Shown: one piece after another, positions 48,255 through 61,663 of the stretch
Position numbering within the stretch: position 1 is the stretch's first letter
Layout of the letters: each line of letters starts with the position of its first letter
Assembly (NCBI GenBank): GCA_965209035.1
Contig: OZ242372.1
Location: 416,001 to 480,000 of the forward strand
DNA: 64,000 nt
Direction of reading: 5' to 3'
Source: Gammaproteobacteria bacterium
GTDB lineage: Bacteria; Pseudomonadota; Gammaproteobacteria; CBDBNL01; JAAOII01
The notes under the pieces: generated by a model
What the model was told of the DNA's origin: nothing
Database searches by the model: none
What the model saw: the letters and a program-made list of their open reading frames with translations, nothing else
Translations under genes and position numbers: made by a program

Positions 48255-48578
48255 ATGTGTTTCTCATCCAAAAACGGCGTGATACGGCTGAGCGGGTCTC
48301 TGACGCCGGATAATGTGATCACGGTGCGGCAAAAGGGAGAGGCTTATATCGCCGAACATGCCGAAAAAAATCTGACTCCAATTCGTTTGGATCTTAACGA
48401 ACTAAAAACCACTTCCACTCTGTCCATCTCCTTGCTGTTCTGTTGGCTAAGATCCGCAAAAAAACACGGTGTCCGCCTGCACTTGCCGGAACAACCCATC
48501 AAGTTAAAGAGTTTGGCGGATATGCATAACATCTCTTCTATTTTTAATGACTTACAAAAAACAGATAACACCAAATGA
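48255..48578 (+). CDS. mlaB: STAS-domain protein
   Basis: LSG.L..., LDL..L...S..ISLL..W.R; operon position. Confidence 0.8.
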   Translation: MCFSSKNGVIRLSGSLTPDNVITVRQKGEAYIAEHAEKNLTPIRLDLNELKTTSTLSISLLFCWLRSAKKHGVRLHLPEQPIKLKSLADMHNISSIFNDLQKTDNTK

Positions 48579-48823
48579 CAGAAGCCGGCCCCAAGAGTGA
48601 GATAAAAAGACGACTGAGTGAAGCGTTCGACACAACCGAGATTTTGGTGGAAGAAGAACAGGGAAAATATGTGATCACGGTAATTGCCGAAATATTTGAA
48701 GGAATGAAACCGGTGGAGCGGCAACAGACAGTTTATGCCCCCCTTACCCCGCTGATTTCCGGCGGAGTCGTTCATGCGGTGACAATACGCGCCTATACGC
48801 GAGAAGAATGGAAAAACTCCTAG
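48575..48823 (+). CDS. ibaG: BolA/IbaG family protein
   Basis: FEG...V.RQQ.VY..L...I..G.VHA..I.AYT..EW; located between mlaB and murA. Confidence 0.88.
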   Translation: MTEAGPKSEIKRRLSEAFDTTEILVEEEQGKYVITVIAEIFEGMKPVERQQTVYAPLTPLISGGVVHAVTIRAYTREEWKNS

Positions 48824-50070
48824 TCGCCGGCGGCACCAGATTGGAAGGCGAGATTACTATCTCGGGTGCCAAAAATTCTTCTTTGCCGATTCTCATCGCA
48901 AGTATTCTTACCGAAGGGAAATTGGAACTGCACAACACTCCGCATCTTCAGGATGTCACCACACTGATTTCGTTATTACGAACTCTAAATGTTTCTTTTA
49001 CCATGCACGACAGTATGGTGTTGTCCTTGGAAGGAAATCAAATTGACCGTTTTGTCGCGCCCTATGATCTTGTAAGCACAATGCGCGCTTCGATTATGGT
49101 CTTGGGTCCTCTGTTGGCAAGATTTGGAAAAGCACATGTTTCCTTACCCGGAGGATGTGCCATCGGCAGCAGGCCCATTGATATTCATCTGAACGCTCTA
49201 AAAAAAATGGGCGCACTCTGTGAAATCAGTAACGGTTATATTCATTGCTCCGCACCAAAAGGACTGCGAGGCGCAACCATTAAGTTTCCCAAGATTACCG
49301 TCACTGGCACCGAGAATATTATGATGGCGGCAACTCTTGCCAAGGGGATTACCGTTCTCAAAAACTGTGCCAGAGAGCCCGAAATTGTGGATCTGGCAAA
49401 TTGTTTGAATAAAATGGGGGCAAACATTCGCGGCCAAGGCGCAGATACCATCCGCATAGACGGTGTCAAAAAATTACACGGAACACAACATCATATCATC
49501 CCGGATCGCATAGAAACGGGGACCTATATGATCGCGACTGCCATCACAGGCGGACATATTAAACTAAAAGAGGTTGAAAGCGAACACATGAGCAGCATCA
49601 TTGAAAAATTGCGGGAAGCCGGTGCCAAAATACACTATGACAAGAATTGGATAGAACTTGAAATGAAAAAAGACAAACAGCGGGCGGTCGATATACAAAC
49701 CGCTCCTTATCCGGATTTTCCGACCGATGTGCAGGCACAATTTATCGCATTTAATTCGGTGGCAAAAGGTACAAGCCGTGTTACAGAGACGGTGTTTGAA
49801 AATCGTTTCATGCATGTGGAAGAAATGCGACGCATGGGGGCAAAAATTGAAATTCAACATAATGTGGCACTGGTGGACGGCGGGCAAACACTTTCCGGGA
49901 CTCAGGTGATGGCTTCCGACTTACGCGCGTCCGCAAGTTTAATTATCTCGGCCTTGGCAGCCGAGGGTGAAAGCATCATCAACCGTATCTATCATATTGA
50001 CCGAGGTTACGAACGCATAGAAGAAAAACTGCAAAAATTGGGTGCCCATATTCGGCGACTTTCACACTGA
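48808..50070 (+). CDS. murA: UDP-N-acetylglucosamine 1-carboxyvinyltransferase
   Basis: SGAKN, MRAS, LPGGCAIGSRP, PDRIE and HIDRGYE. Confidence 0.97.
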   Translation: MEKLLVAGGTRLEGEITISGAKNSSLPILIASILTEGKLELHNTPHLQDVTTLISLLRTLNVSFTMHDSMVLSLEGNQIDRFVAPYDLVSTMRASIMVLGPLLARFGKAHVSLPGGCAIGSRPIDIHLNALKKMGALCEISNGYIHCSAPKGLRGATIKFPKITVTGTENIMMAATLAKGITVLKNCAREPEIVDLANCLNKMGANIRGQGADTIRIDGVKKLHGTQHHIIPDRIETGTYMIATAITGGHIKLKEVESEHMSSIIEKLREAGAKIHYDKNWIELEMKKDKQRAVDIQTAPYPDFPTDVQAQFIAFNSVAKGTSRVTETVFENRFMHVEEMRRMGAKIEIQHNVALVDGGQTLSGTQVMASDLRASASLIISALAAEGESIINRIYHIDRGYERIEEKLQKLGAHIRRLSH

Positions 50071-50075
50071 CGCGG

Positions 50076-50708
50076 ATGCTGACGCTAACCATTCCCAAGG
50101 GCCGTATGCTGGAAAATTCTCTGCAACTTCTGGCGAATGCCAGCCTCATAGACAAAAGTGAGTTCACGAAAAACAGCCGCAAATTATTCTTTGATACAAA
50201 CAAAGGATTGCGTCTCTTGATGATACGCAATACGGATATTTTGTCCTATGTTCTCAATAATGTTGCCGACCTCGCGTTCATTGGCTCGGATACGATCATG
50301 GAAAACGGGCTTGCGGACGAGTATTATGACTATATGGGACTAAACTTTGGAAAATGCAAACTGATGACGGCTGCCGCCGAACACAAAAAAAAGAATAACG
50401 ACCGTATTCGTATTAAGGTGGCAACCAAGTATGTCAATATTGCAAGAAATTTTTACGCCTCCAAAGAAATTCAAGCGGACATTATCAAAGTGCGGGGATC
50501 CGTAGAACTTGCGGCCATCACCGGTTTGGCGGATGAAATCGTGGATATAGTGGATACGGGCAAAACCCTGCAAGAAAACAATCTTTTCCCGCTTGAGACA
50601 ATCGCGGATGTGTCCATGCGTTTGATCATTAATAAGGGATCCTTTAAGAGGCGGTGGAGCGACATAGATCCCGTTGTTACCAACATCAGTGCCGTCGTAA
50701 CCTCGTAA
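50076..50708 (+). CDS. hisG: ATP phosphoribosyltransferase, short form
   Basis: PKGR, VATKY, GSVELA and IVDIVDTG.TL.EN.L; 210 aa. Confidence 0.93.
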   Translation: MLTLTIPKGRMLENSLQLLANASLIDKSEFTKNSRKLFFDTNKGLRLLMIRNTDILSYVLNNVADLAFIGSDTIMENGLADEYYDYMGLNFGKCKLMTAAAEHKKKNNDRIRIKVATKYVNIARNFYASKEIQADIIKVRGSVELAAITGLADEIVDIVDTGKTLQENNLFPLETIADVSMRLIINKGSFKRRWSDIDPVVTNISAVVTS

Positions 50709-50711
50709 AAG

Positions 50712-51461
50712 ATGAAGAAGGAGGTGCCGAGTTCGGTCAAACATCTCAATGGAAATAATATCCTGCTTACCGGAGCAAACGGAGTTCTGGGAGAAAAACT
50801 GGCCGAGCAGTTTGCAACCGAAGGCGCCAATTTGATCTTGCCGGGGCGCAATTTGCCGGCATTAAACCAAGTAGCGGAACAGATTCATGCAAAATACTCG
50901 GTCAACTGCATCACCTATCAACTGGATCTTCGTTTGGAAAGTGAGCTTGTTTATAGAAAATTGACGCTCTATCTGGAAAAAAATTTGAGTTGGGTGGATA
51001 TGGTTGTTCTAAATGCCGCTTACAAAGGATCTGAGAGCAGTCTTCTAAATTATCCGAACCGTATGTGGAAAGATGTGATGCAAGTTAATCTGGATGCCAA
51101 TATGATGCTTATTAAATCCCTGTTGCCTCTGCTAATGAAAGCAAGGCGACCTTTATTGGCGTTTACTCTGGATGAAGAAAATAACTATCAAAAAAACAAC
51201 CCGGGTGCTTATGTGGTTTCCAAGGGCGGATTAAGAACTCTGATGAAAATGATTGCACATGAATTTTCCGATAGTCATCTGGTGGTGCTGGGGGTTGAAC
51301 CCGTGTCCGCACAAACAATCTCAGAAAAAGAAGCGAGAAAGAATGACGCTGATAATGGAAAAACAGGTGCCCGGTCGGCACAAGACATTGCCCGTTTGTA
51401 TGCTTTAACTCTTCTAAACAGCGGAAGCAGCCATAGGGGAAAAGTGATCCGTTTGGAATAA
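50712..51461 (+). CDS. Short-chain dehydrogenase/reductase (YciK-like)
   Basis: TGANGVLG, LNAA, W..VMQVNL and YVVSK. Confidence 0.82.
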   Translation: MKKEVPSSVKHLNGNNILLTGANGVLGEKLAEQFATEGANLILPGRNLPALNQVAEQIHAKYSVNCITYQLDLRLESELVYRKLTLYLEKNLSWVDMVVLNAAYKGSESSLLNYPNRMWKDVMQVNLDANMMLIKSLLPLLMKARRPLLAFTLDEENNYQKNNPGAYVVSKGGLRTLMKMIAHEFSDSHLVVLGVEPVSAQTISEKEARKNDADNGKTGARSAQDIARLYALTLLNSGSSHRGKVIRLE

Positions 51462-51767
51462 ACGGACCGAAACCTCTTAATTTAATCAAAGTGGTGTTTT
51501 TTATCATAAATGTGACGGATTATGTTTGGAAAGAATTATAATAACACTATGTAAAAAAGGTGTTATCACGAGTTATTATTTTTGACGAACCAAAACACCA
51601 AGAACTTAAATTGTTAAGTAAAGATTTTTTTTCATAATCAGACCACAGTCCATTTATATGGCGCGGTTAAGAAGCAAAAAGAAAGACACTCTTTACCGGA
51701 AAATACTTCGTTCGTCAAGATAACATCTAAGTAATATATTAATAAAAAATAAATAAAAAATAAAAAA

Positions 51768-53558
51768 GTGGTAAAAAAGATATTAATCAATGCAATATTC
51801 CCGGAAGAAATCAGATCCGCAATTGTGGAAAACGGGGAACTTACCGATTTTGATTTGGAATCAGGTGAGCATTTTAGAACAAAATCAAACATTTATAAGG
51901 GCATTATCACCAGGGTAGAACCGGGACTTGAAGCCGTATTTGTAAATTACGGCGAAACACGCAACGGTTTTCTGCCTATCCGAGAAATTATCCCTCAATA
52001 CTTTAATCCCGGTGAGAAAAGCCGCGGCATTAAGGATATGATACAAGTCGGACAAGAAATAGTTGTTCAGGTGGACAAAGAAGCACGCAAAGACAAGGGG
52101 GCCGCTTTGACGACCCGCCTCTCTATTACGGGCGCGTTTATCATCCTAATACGCGGGATCACTCCCTCTTTTAATATTTCTCGTCGCCTTGCCCCGGATG
52201 ACCGCAATAAAATCCAGGATTGGCTTCCGCGCTTACAAATACCGGAAGGATTTGGAGCCATCATTCGCACGGCGGCAGCCGAACGAGATTTTAAAGATCT
52301 GGAATGGGATCTGAAGTATCTCAACGAAGTTTGGAACTCTATGCAGAAAACAGTGCAAGACCATCGGGCACCGCAACTTCTTTTGAAGGAAAGCGATGTC
52401 GTCAGTCGGACGCTGCGCGATTATCTCAATGATGATGTGGAGGAAATTATTACGGATACGCGGGATGCTTACCAGCATACGGAAATACTGCTCTCCAAGA
52501 TCTTTCCCGCCGCCAAAAGCAAACTTAAGTCGTATGACGAAAGCATCCCTTTGTTTACGCGCTATGGCATAGAAAGCCGGGTGCAAAGCGCGTTTCAACA
52601 TGTCATCAATCTCCCGTCCGGAGGCGAACTGGTATTTGACCGCACCGAAGCGATGTTTATTATAGATGTCAATTCATCCAAATCCAATGCCGGCAAGAAT
52701 GTTGAGGATACCGCCCTAAAGACCAATCTGGAAGCAGTCTCGGAAATTAGTCGGCAAATGAAGTGGCGCGATATCGGCGGGTTAATGGTGATTGATTTCA
52801 TTGATATGATGAGAATGGAAAACCGTAAGAAAGTTGAAGATGCGTTTCAGGATGCGGTTCGTACCGACAATGCCAGAGTACGATTTAACAAGATATCTCG
52901 CTTTGGTATGATGGAATTATCGCGTCAGCGTTTACGTTCCTCGTTGGATGAGTTTTACTTGGAAAAGTGCCCAACTTGTCACGGAAAAGGAACCGTAGCA
53001 ACACAAAATTCAACGGTTCTAAAAATCTTGCGGATTTTGGAAGAATTGACAAATAATTCCAGCATTACGGCAATCAAACTGAATATTACAAAAGAAATTC
53101 ACGAAATCATCGCCGAGTTTCCCAATGATCGATTTGAGAATATTAAGAATAAGTTGGCAAACAAAATTGAGATTACGGAAGACGAGAAGGTTGTTTATCC
53201 CGGTTACAAAATCATTGCGACGGATCATCTGGGAAATGAAAATACTTTCGGTGAGGATCAAAGCAAGGAGTCGGTTTTTTATCACAAAGCAAAAACAAGG
53301 CGCGACCCTCTGATAGAAACCGGCAAGATCTTAAATAAATTACCCGGACGCCGGCCTTCCATATGGGAAAGGCTGAGAAAGTTTATCGGCGGTTTTTGGA
53401 AATTGCCCTCTCGGCAAAAGGCGAGATCGCATTCCGGGAGAAACAACCGCCACTATTCTCGCAGACGCCGTTCTGATAATAACAATCGTTATCGGCAGCG
53501 CCACAGAAATTCGCGAAGATATTCCAATTCGCGTAACCGGCAACATAAAACAATTTAA
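51768..53558 (+). CDS. rne: Ribonuclease E with short C-terminal region
   Basis: NIYKG.ITRVEP.LEA.FV.YG, IDVNS, GGL.VIDFIDM, CPTCHGKG; amphipathic helix and Arg-rich tail. Confidence 0.92.
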   Translation: MVKKILINAIFPEEIRSAIVENGELTDFDLESGEHFRTKSNIYKGIITRVEPGLEAVFVNYGETRNGFLPIREIIPQYFNPGEKSRGIKDMIQVGQEIVVQVDKEARKDKGAALTTRLSITGAFIILIRGITPSFNISRRLAPDDRNKIQDWLPRLQIPEGFGAIIRTAAAERDFKDLEWDLKYLNEVWNSMQKTVQDHRAPQLLLKESDVVSRTLRDYLNDDVEEIITDTRDAYQHTEILLSKIFPAAKSKLKSYDESIPLFTRYGIESRVQSAFQHVINLPSGGELVFDRTEAMFIIDVNSSKSNAGKNVEDTALKTNLEAVSEISRQMKWRDIGGLMVIDFIDMMRMENRKKVEDAFQDAVRTDNARVRFNKISRFGMMELSRQRLRSSLDEFYLEKCPTCHGKGTVATQNSTVLKILRILEELTNNSSITAIKLNITKEIHEIIAEFPNDRFENIKNKLANKIEITEDEKVVYPGYKIIATDHLGNENTFGEDQSKESVFYHKAKTRRDPLIETGKILNKLPGRRPSIWERLRKFIGGFWKLPSRQKARSHSGRNNRHYSRRRRSDNNNRYRQRHRNSRRYSNSRNRQHKTI

Positions 53559-53611
53559 TCACTCATATTAAATGGAAATACAAATCAACAATATAAAACA
53601 CATACAAATAA

Positions 53612-53926
53612 ATGGAACATATTACAGACTCGCAGTTTGAACAGGACATCATAAAAAATTCGGGATTCGTCCTGATTGACTTTTATGCGGACTGGTGTCA
53701 GCCTTGTAAAGTCATCAGTCCTTTACTTGAAGAAATATCGGGAGAATATTCCGATAAAATCACATTCTATAAAATGGATATTGATAAGAATGCACAAACG
53801 CCACAGAAGTTTGGCGTGCGCGGCATTCCGACCATGATCATTTTTAGTAACGGCGAAGCCAAGGATAGCCTGGTCGGATCCGTTAGCAAAAAAAAACTCA
53901 AAGAGTTTGTAGAAAAAAATCTCTAA
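53612..53926 (+). CDS. trxA: Thioredoxin
   Basis: [11 protein letters not shown] and VRGIPT; directly upstream of rho. Confidence 0.94.
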   Translation: MEHITDSQFEQDIIKNSGFVLIDFYADWCQPCKVISPLLEEISGEYSDKITFYKMDIDKNAQTPQKFGVRGIPTMIIFSNGEAKDSLVGSVSKKKLKEFVEKNL

Positions 53927-53945
53927 TCCACCCACCAAACCCAAA

Positions 53946-55232
53946 ATGCTTAACATAAAAGAACTGCGTACCAAACCGGTAGAAGAACTGCTTGAAATGG
54001 CGGAGGAAGAACTGCACGAACGTATCAAGCGCACCAGAAAGCAAGATATCATATTCGCTCTTCTTAAACATGCCGGAACAAACGGCGAAGAAATCATTTG
54101 CGAAGGCACCCTGGAAATCATTCAAAATTCCTACGGATTCTTACGCTCCTCGCAAAGTTCTTACTTGGCGGGGCCGGATGATATTTATTTGTCCCCGGGT
54201 CAAATCAAAAAGTTTAAACTTCGCACGGGAGATACGATTACCGGGCAGGTTGTTACTCCCAAGGCCGGAGAGCGATATCTTTCCATATCTCGTATTGACA
54301 CGGTAAATGGCGGCACCTTAAACGAAGCACAAAACAAGGTTTTATTTGAAAACTTAACCCCTATTTTCCCCGAAGAAAAATTAACCTTGGAACGGCCGGG
54401 GCCGGCCGCCAAAGGAAATCTGACCGCACGCGTCATAGACCTGGTCAGTCCTATTGGCAAGGGACAAAGAGGTCTCATTGTATCTCCTCCAAAAGCGGGG
54501 AAAACTGTGATTCTAAAAAATATTGCCCAAGCCATAGAAAAGAATAATCCGGAATGCCCTCTCATCGTTCTTTTGATCGACGAAAGACCGGAAGAAGTAA
54601 CCGACATGCAGCGCTCGGTAAACGGCGAGGTAGTCGCAAGTACTTTTGACGAACCGCCGACTCGCCATGTCCAAGTGAGTGAGATGATCATTAACAAAGC
54701 CAAGCGTTTAATTGAATATAAAAAAGATGTTGTCATCCTGCTGGATTCTATCACCAGATTGGCGCGCGCTTATAACACGGTTGCCCCGGCTTCCGGGAAA
54801 GTGTTGACAGGCGGCGTGGACTCCAACGCCCTGGAAAAGCCAAAACGATTCTTCGGTGCGGCGCGCAATGTGGAAGGAGGCGGAAGTTTGACAATCATTG
54901 CAACCGCCCTCGTGGATACGGGCTCCCGTATGGATGAGGTGATCTACGAAGAATTTAAAGGAACCGGCAACATGGAACTGCATCTGGATCGGTCAATTGC
55001 GGAAAAGCGCATCTTCCCCGCCATTAATATCCGGCGTTCCGGTACCAGACGCGACGATTTGTTAGTTGACAAAGAAGAGCAACAGGTCATGTGGGTCATT
55101 CGTAAAATCCTTTCTTCCATGGACGACGCCAAAGCCATAGAGTTTATTTTGGACAAGATAAAAGTTCACGAAACCAACAAAAGCTTTCTCAAAGGGATAA
55201 AACAAAACGGCAAGCCGAATACGCTCGCATAG
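53946..55232 (+). CDS. rho: Transcription termination factor Rho
   Basis: [30 protein letters not shown] and EEFKGTGN. Confidence 0.97.
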   Translation: MLNIKELRTKPVEELLEMAEEELHERIKRTRKQDIIFALLKHAGTNGEEIICEGTLEIIQNSYGFLRSSQSSYLAGPDDIYLSPGQIKKFKLRTGDTITGQVVTPKAGERYLSISRIDTVNGGTLNEAQNKVLFENLTPIFPEEKLTLERPGPAAKGNLTARVIDLVSPIGKGQRGLIVSPPKAGKTVILKNIAQAIEKNNPECPLIVLLIDERPEEVTDMQRSVNGEVVASTFDEPPTRHVQVSEMIINKAKRLIEYKKDVVILLDSITRLARAYNTVAPASGKVLTGGVDSNALEKPKRFFGAARNVEGGGSLTIIATALVDTGSRMDEVIYEEFKGTGNMELHLDRSIAEKRIFPAINIRRSGTRRDDLLVDKEEQQVMWVIRKILSSMDDAKAIEFILDKIKVHETNKSFLKGIKQNGKPNTLA

Positions 55233-55308
55233 TGCCGAGCGCGATGCAAAGTCCGGAACCTTGCTACCGACTAATGCCGTAATCTCTGTCCGGAAAAAGC
55301 TAAAAAAC

Positions 55309-56493
55309 TCAACCCACAAACTTCGGCAGAGATGCGGTTATTAAAGTTGCCGCCTTACCGCTTTCGTTTTTACCTCCTTCTTTTAGGACTGTTCTTAATC
55401 CGGGGAGAACCTCTTCCAAAGGGATCCGATGTTGTTTTATCAATTGTTCGTAGCGATTATTTGCCAGAGCCCACATCTTGTTTCGCAGACAAAGTTCCGC
55501 GAGTGCGGATAACATTGCATGTCCCGTCTGTTGTCGCGGATGCTGTTCGGACAGGGTTTCCAAAAAATGTAATTGCTTGATCCCGCGAGAAGATCGTATT
55601 TGGCCGTAAAGGCATACTAGCGCATCACTCACCTTTTTCTCCAACGCATCCCGCACCAGTTCTTCCGCCAAATCATCGTCGCCGATGCGAAGCAATTGAC
55701 GAACATAAACGGTAAAAAGTGTTTGCTTGAATGTCGGTTCCAATTTCTGCCAGCCGAAATGCAGTTGTTTGGAATTCTCGCAACCTTCAAAGTAGAACCG
55801 ATAATACCGCAGCCGCAGATCCGCGGATAAGAAATTCTTGCCGTCCGCCAGAACCTTACCCAACGGCTCCCACCTTTTTCCGCCAACACAAACTTCGCAA
55901 AACAACTTGTAAATATAACGGTTCCGCTTGCCGCGCCCGAGACATTTTTTTAGGGCGGGAAATGCCCGGGCATAGTCCCCTCTTGCCGCACTCACTCGTG
56001 CCGACATCATATCCAATAAAATTTTTTCTTGTGCGGGAACAAACCTAGTTCCGACCTCTTTAATTTCATTGATCCGCATCGCCGCTTCGTCATAGTTTGC
56101 GGACATTAAAGCAGCCTCATATGCAACAATCAGTTCGGGCAATTTCTTTTTGGTATTTCCAAAAAGAGTATCCGAAGTTTTGAAGGCTGCCAAATCTCCG
56201 CTCGCCAGTCGTAAAAGATTCTCTGAATGTTTACTTTCCGTCCGATGTTTCTTTCGCACCCGCCACCATCTGTCCAGGCGATGGGGTAACCCCAAAAAAT
56301 TAAAGACCAGACGATAAAGCAAGACAATAATCGCAACAAGAAAAGAGAAAATTAACAACCCGGCCCAAACGGAACTCTCCCAGGCCCAGCCGCCGAAAGT
56401 AATTAAAATGTAACCCTTGTCTATTAGAATTAACTGCCCGAATAAAACACCGCCCAGCAGCACGAACAAAGAGGCAAAGACAAATCTTGGCAT
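55309..56493 (-). CDS. hemY: HemY-like heme biosynthesis-associated TPR membrane protein
   Basis: GYILI.FG.W..ESS, two TM segments, helical C-terminus; follows hemCDX. Confidence 0.8.
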   Translation of the reverse strand: MPRFVFASLFVLLGGVLFGQLILIDKGYILITFGGWAWESSVWAGLLIFSFLVAIIVLLYRLVFNFLGLPHRLDRWWRVRKKHRTESKHSENLLRLASGDLAAFKTSDTLFGNTKKKLPELIVAYEAALMSANYDEAAMRINEIKEVGTRFVPAQEKILLDMMSARVSAARGDYARAFPALKKCLGRGKRNRYIYKLFCEVCVGGKRWEPLGKVLADGKNFLSADLRLRYYRFYFEGCENSKQLHFGWQKLEPTFKQTLFTVYVRQLLRIGDDDLAEELVRDALEKKVSDALVCLYGQIRSSRGIKQLHFLETLSEQHPRQQTGHAMLSALAELCLRNKMWALANNRYEQLIKQHRIPLEEVLPGLRTVLKEGGKNESGKAATLITASLPKFVG

Positions 56494-57563
56494 CAGCGGT
56501 ATCGGGGCAAAATCCGCACAATATTTAATTCGGGCAGTTCGGGGAAATCAACAGACATCAAGTTTTGGACTTCGCTTTCCAATTGCAATCTTGCCGAACT
56601 TGGCGGATAATAGCGTCTCAATTTAAGCAGGTATTGGTTCAAAGATTCCCGGTAAGGTTCGGGTTCGCCGGCAAGTAATGCGTGCTCGGCAAGAATTAAC
56701 TCAGTTTCAAGCAGCAGTTTAACTAACTTCCGGGAACTTTTTTCCGATGTAAAGGCAAGTTCTTCCTTTTCATTTTTATCATATCGGTAAATGCGAATAT
56801 ATTGGTCAAACAACGCAACCCATTGCCGATACCACCCGCTATTATTTTCGTCGACAGTATTATTGTAGCGACTGTCTGTTCCCGGCACAAAAAGTTCGGC
56901 GGGCACGTTGGCGAGCGCACGCAGTCTGTAAAAAATTCTATTCGCATCTCCTTTTTCAACCAACGCGTCATAAGTCGTCAAATCATGCTCCAAGGCGTCC
57001 GCAAGGGCGGGATACCCGTATCCGTTGTCCGGAATTGCGTCGGCACGCAGAAGAAGATCGCGCACGGACCGCGGAGAACGGCCAATCAACCTTTCGCGTT
57101 CGGCCTGATAGACAAAAGTTTCCAATCTAAGAAGAGAATTATCATCGGTTCCCGGCTTGTTGAGCGCGGCTTCAAACTGCTTAAATCGTCCCTCATTTTT
57201 TCTTTCCGACTCCAACAGTCTCTTTTCAAATAATTTTATTTCGGCATTCAACAGAGCCTGTTCGGTTTGCATCTCCCTTCGGGTATCATCCAGAGTATTT
57301 TCCAGAGTATCTTCCAGAGAGTCTCTTAAACTTTCCAAAGAAGCCAATCGCTCGGTAACAAACCGGTATTCCCGATATCCCCAAAAACTCGCAACCCCTA
57401 CAAAAGCAATCAAAACGAGAAGGACGATTAGGGTAATGACAAAACGCCGAAATCCGGGCGGATTTTTATCCGGTTGCACAGACGAAGGGTTCTTTGCCAC
57501 AGGATTCTTGTCGACTCGGACCGGTTTGACAGCGGCTGCCGGCTTCTCTTTTTTCTTAATCAT
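56493..57563 (-). CDS. hemX: HemX-like membrane-anchored coiled-coil protein
   Basis: Single TM, coiled coil, LL..AD..., Y..SL; operon position. Confidence 0.72.
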   Translation of the reverse strand: MIKKKEKPAAAVKPVRVDKNPVAKNPSSVQPDKNPPGFRRFVITLIVLLVLIAFVGVASFWGYREYRFVTERLASLESLRDSLEDTLENTLDDTRREMQTEQALLNAEIKLFEKRLLESERKNEGRFKQFEAALNKPGTDDNSLLRLETFVYQAERERLIGRSPRSVRDLLLRADAIPDNGYGYPALADALEHDLTTYDALVEKGDANRIFYRLRALANVPAELFVPGTDSRYNNTVDENNSGWYRQWVALFDQYIRIYRYDKNEKEELAFTSEKSSRKLVKLLLETELILAEHALLAGEPEPYRESLNQYLLKLRRYYPPSSARLQLESEVQNLMSVDFPELPELNIVRILPRYR

Positions 57564-58308
57564 TTGTTTTTCTTTCGGTAAGTTCGTTCACATAGTTTAT
57601 AAAGGTATCGTCATAGGCATCTCCGACCATAACAATTTTACCAAATTTTACTTCCTCTTCTTGCGCCAAACGCTCCAATCGGCTACTCGGAATCACCAAA
57701 GTGGCATTGTGCAGCCACGGGTAATTCTGTTTCAACAGAGCACACAAAATATGCCCGCTGGTTACCCAAACCAAAGAAAATTCTTCTTCGTTTTTTTCGT
57801 CTTTTTTATTGTATTCGCGTCGGCGAATTTTATACAACACCGCTATGTCCGTCCGAACTCCCGCCCTCTCAAGTGTTTCTTGCAACAGCGGTCTCCCCCC
57901 TTGCCCGCACAACAGAAGAGCACTTGTTCCCTTCCGACACAAACTCTTAAATTGTTTCAGTTTAAGAATCGCCTCGCTGCCCGTTCCTTCCGGGGGAAAC
58001 AACGCGGAAACCCCTCGCTCTTTTAGATAAGCAGCCGTTGTCCTTCCCGGCACAAAAAACGGCGGCAAACCGCCCGGTATCTTTGTTCCCGTAAGGCCCG
58101 ACAGACAAAAAAAATAATGCGCGGCATGACGACTCACACAAACAACAAAATCATAGTCGGTAAGATTTAACTTCAAAGAAACTTCGCAAGGCACAAATTG
58201 GATTAAAGGACGATGGACCGCATCGTGGCCTGCCGCACACAATCTCCCGGTCAATTTTTTACCGGGGCTGCCCGGTCGATCATCCGTTGCCGTGATTAAA
58301 ATACGCAT
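57556..58308 (-). CDS. hemD: Uroporphyrinogen-III synthase
   Basis: VS..AA, G..TA..L, SE..L, G.GGR.LL..TL, LY.., TS and PS.R. Confidence 0.85.
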   Translation of the reverse strand: MRILITATDDRPGSPGKKLTGRLCAAGHDAVHRPLIQFVPCEVSLKLNLTDYDFVVCVSRHAAHYFFCLSGLTGTKIPGGLPPFFVPGRTTAAYLKERGVSALFPPEGTGSEAILKLKQFKSLCRKGTSALLLCGQGGRPLLQETLERAGVRTDIAVLYKIRRREYNKKDEKNEEEFSLVWVTSGHILCALLKQNYPWLHNATLVIPSSRLERLAQEEEVKFGKIVMVGDAYDDTFINYVNELTERKTND

Positions 58309-58310
58309 CG

Positions 58311-59333
58311 CTATTCCGCCAGAAGTTCGCCGGCACCCCGGGCAAACAGATCTCTTGCGGATTCTTTGGCAAGGATATCCGTCTTTTTTGTTATCTCGGT
58401 CAATGCTTCCGTTCGCTCACCTGACCCGGCAAGAAGCAAGGTGCGTTCGGCGGGAGATAACTCGCAGAACTGTTCACTTTTAAGCATCTTACCGCTTTTG
58501 GCACCGCCAGTCATGGTGCGTAAACGCATGCCTTCCGCAATCAGTTCCGCATAGGCCGCCAAGGGACTATAACAATCCGCACCCATTAAACGACAAAAGA
58601 GCCGTTCGAGGCGAACACAAATTGCACTGGCAAGATGATTTAACTGCCCGACAAAATTGATGGTCTTCTCGTCCCCTTTGCGGCATTCTATGGCGTATGC
58701 CCCCTGTCCCGGTGCGGGCAAGATTTCTTCGGTTGAAAATCTGTGGCAAATATGTTGCTCATATCCCAGACGGCTCAGACCCGCCACCGCAAGCACCAAC
58801 GCATTTGGAGCATCCTGAACTCTTTTACTCAAAGCCGCAAGGCGCGTTTCTATGTTGCCGCGCAAATCTGTCACACGCAAATCCGGTCGCATCGCCAACA
58901 GATGCACACGCCGTCTTAAACTGGTTGTTCCGATCCTGCTACCCGCGGGCAGGTCCGACCAAGGGGCAGTTCCAACCAGAGCATCCAAAACCTCTCCCCG
59001 TTCGCAGATCGCGGCCAGACACAGTTCCGGGCGTGTGACCACAGGCAGATCTTTTGCGGAATGCACGGCAATATCCGCCTCCCCGGACAGAAGTTTCTCT
59101 TGACAAGTTCTTACAAAAGAATCCTTGTGTCGATAATCCGCGCTTTTCACCTTGAGAAACACAATCTCCCGATATTTTCCCGTCCCGGCAGCCGCCTCGG
59201 CAGCTATCCCGGAAGAAACGGCCATCAATTTTTCCCGCACCCAACTTGCCTGATAAACAGCCAAAGGACTTGCTCTTGTTGCAATTACCAAACGCGACAT
59301 CCCGATTTTTGTATGCGATTGTTCATATTCCAT
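58311..59333 (-). CDS. hemC: Porphobilinogen deaminase
   Basis: IATRASPLA..Q, DIAVHSAKDLP, GTTSLRR, LRGNI.TRL, LPAPGQG and C..P. Confidence 0.92.
   Translation of the reverse strand: MEYEQSHTKIGMSRLVIATRASPLAVYQASWVREKLMAVSSGIAAEAAAGTGKYREIVFLKVKSADYRHKDSFVRTCQEKLLSGEADIAVHSAKDLPVVTRPELCLAAICERGEVLDALVGTAPWSDLPAGSRIGTTSLRRRVHLLAMRPDLRVTDLRGNIETRLAALSKRVQDAPNALVLAVAGLSRLGYEQHICHRFSTEEILPAPGQGAYAIECRKGDEKTINFVGQLNHLASAICVRLERLFCRLMGADCYSPLAAYAELIAEGMRLRTMTGGAKSGKMLKSEQFCELSPAERTLLLAGSGERTEALTEITKKTDILAKESARDLFARGAGELLAE

Positions 59334-61659
<2,326 letters not shown>

Positions 61660-61663
<4 letters not shown>

Noticed and set aside
55250-55277. Possible IS-end remnant between rho and hemY
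   Set aside because: Only about 13 nt match exactly; too short to list as a feature.
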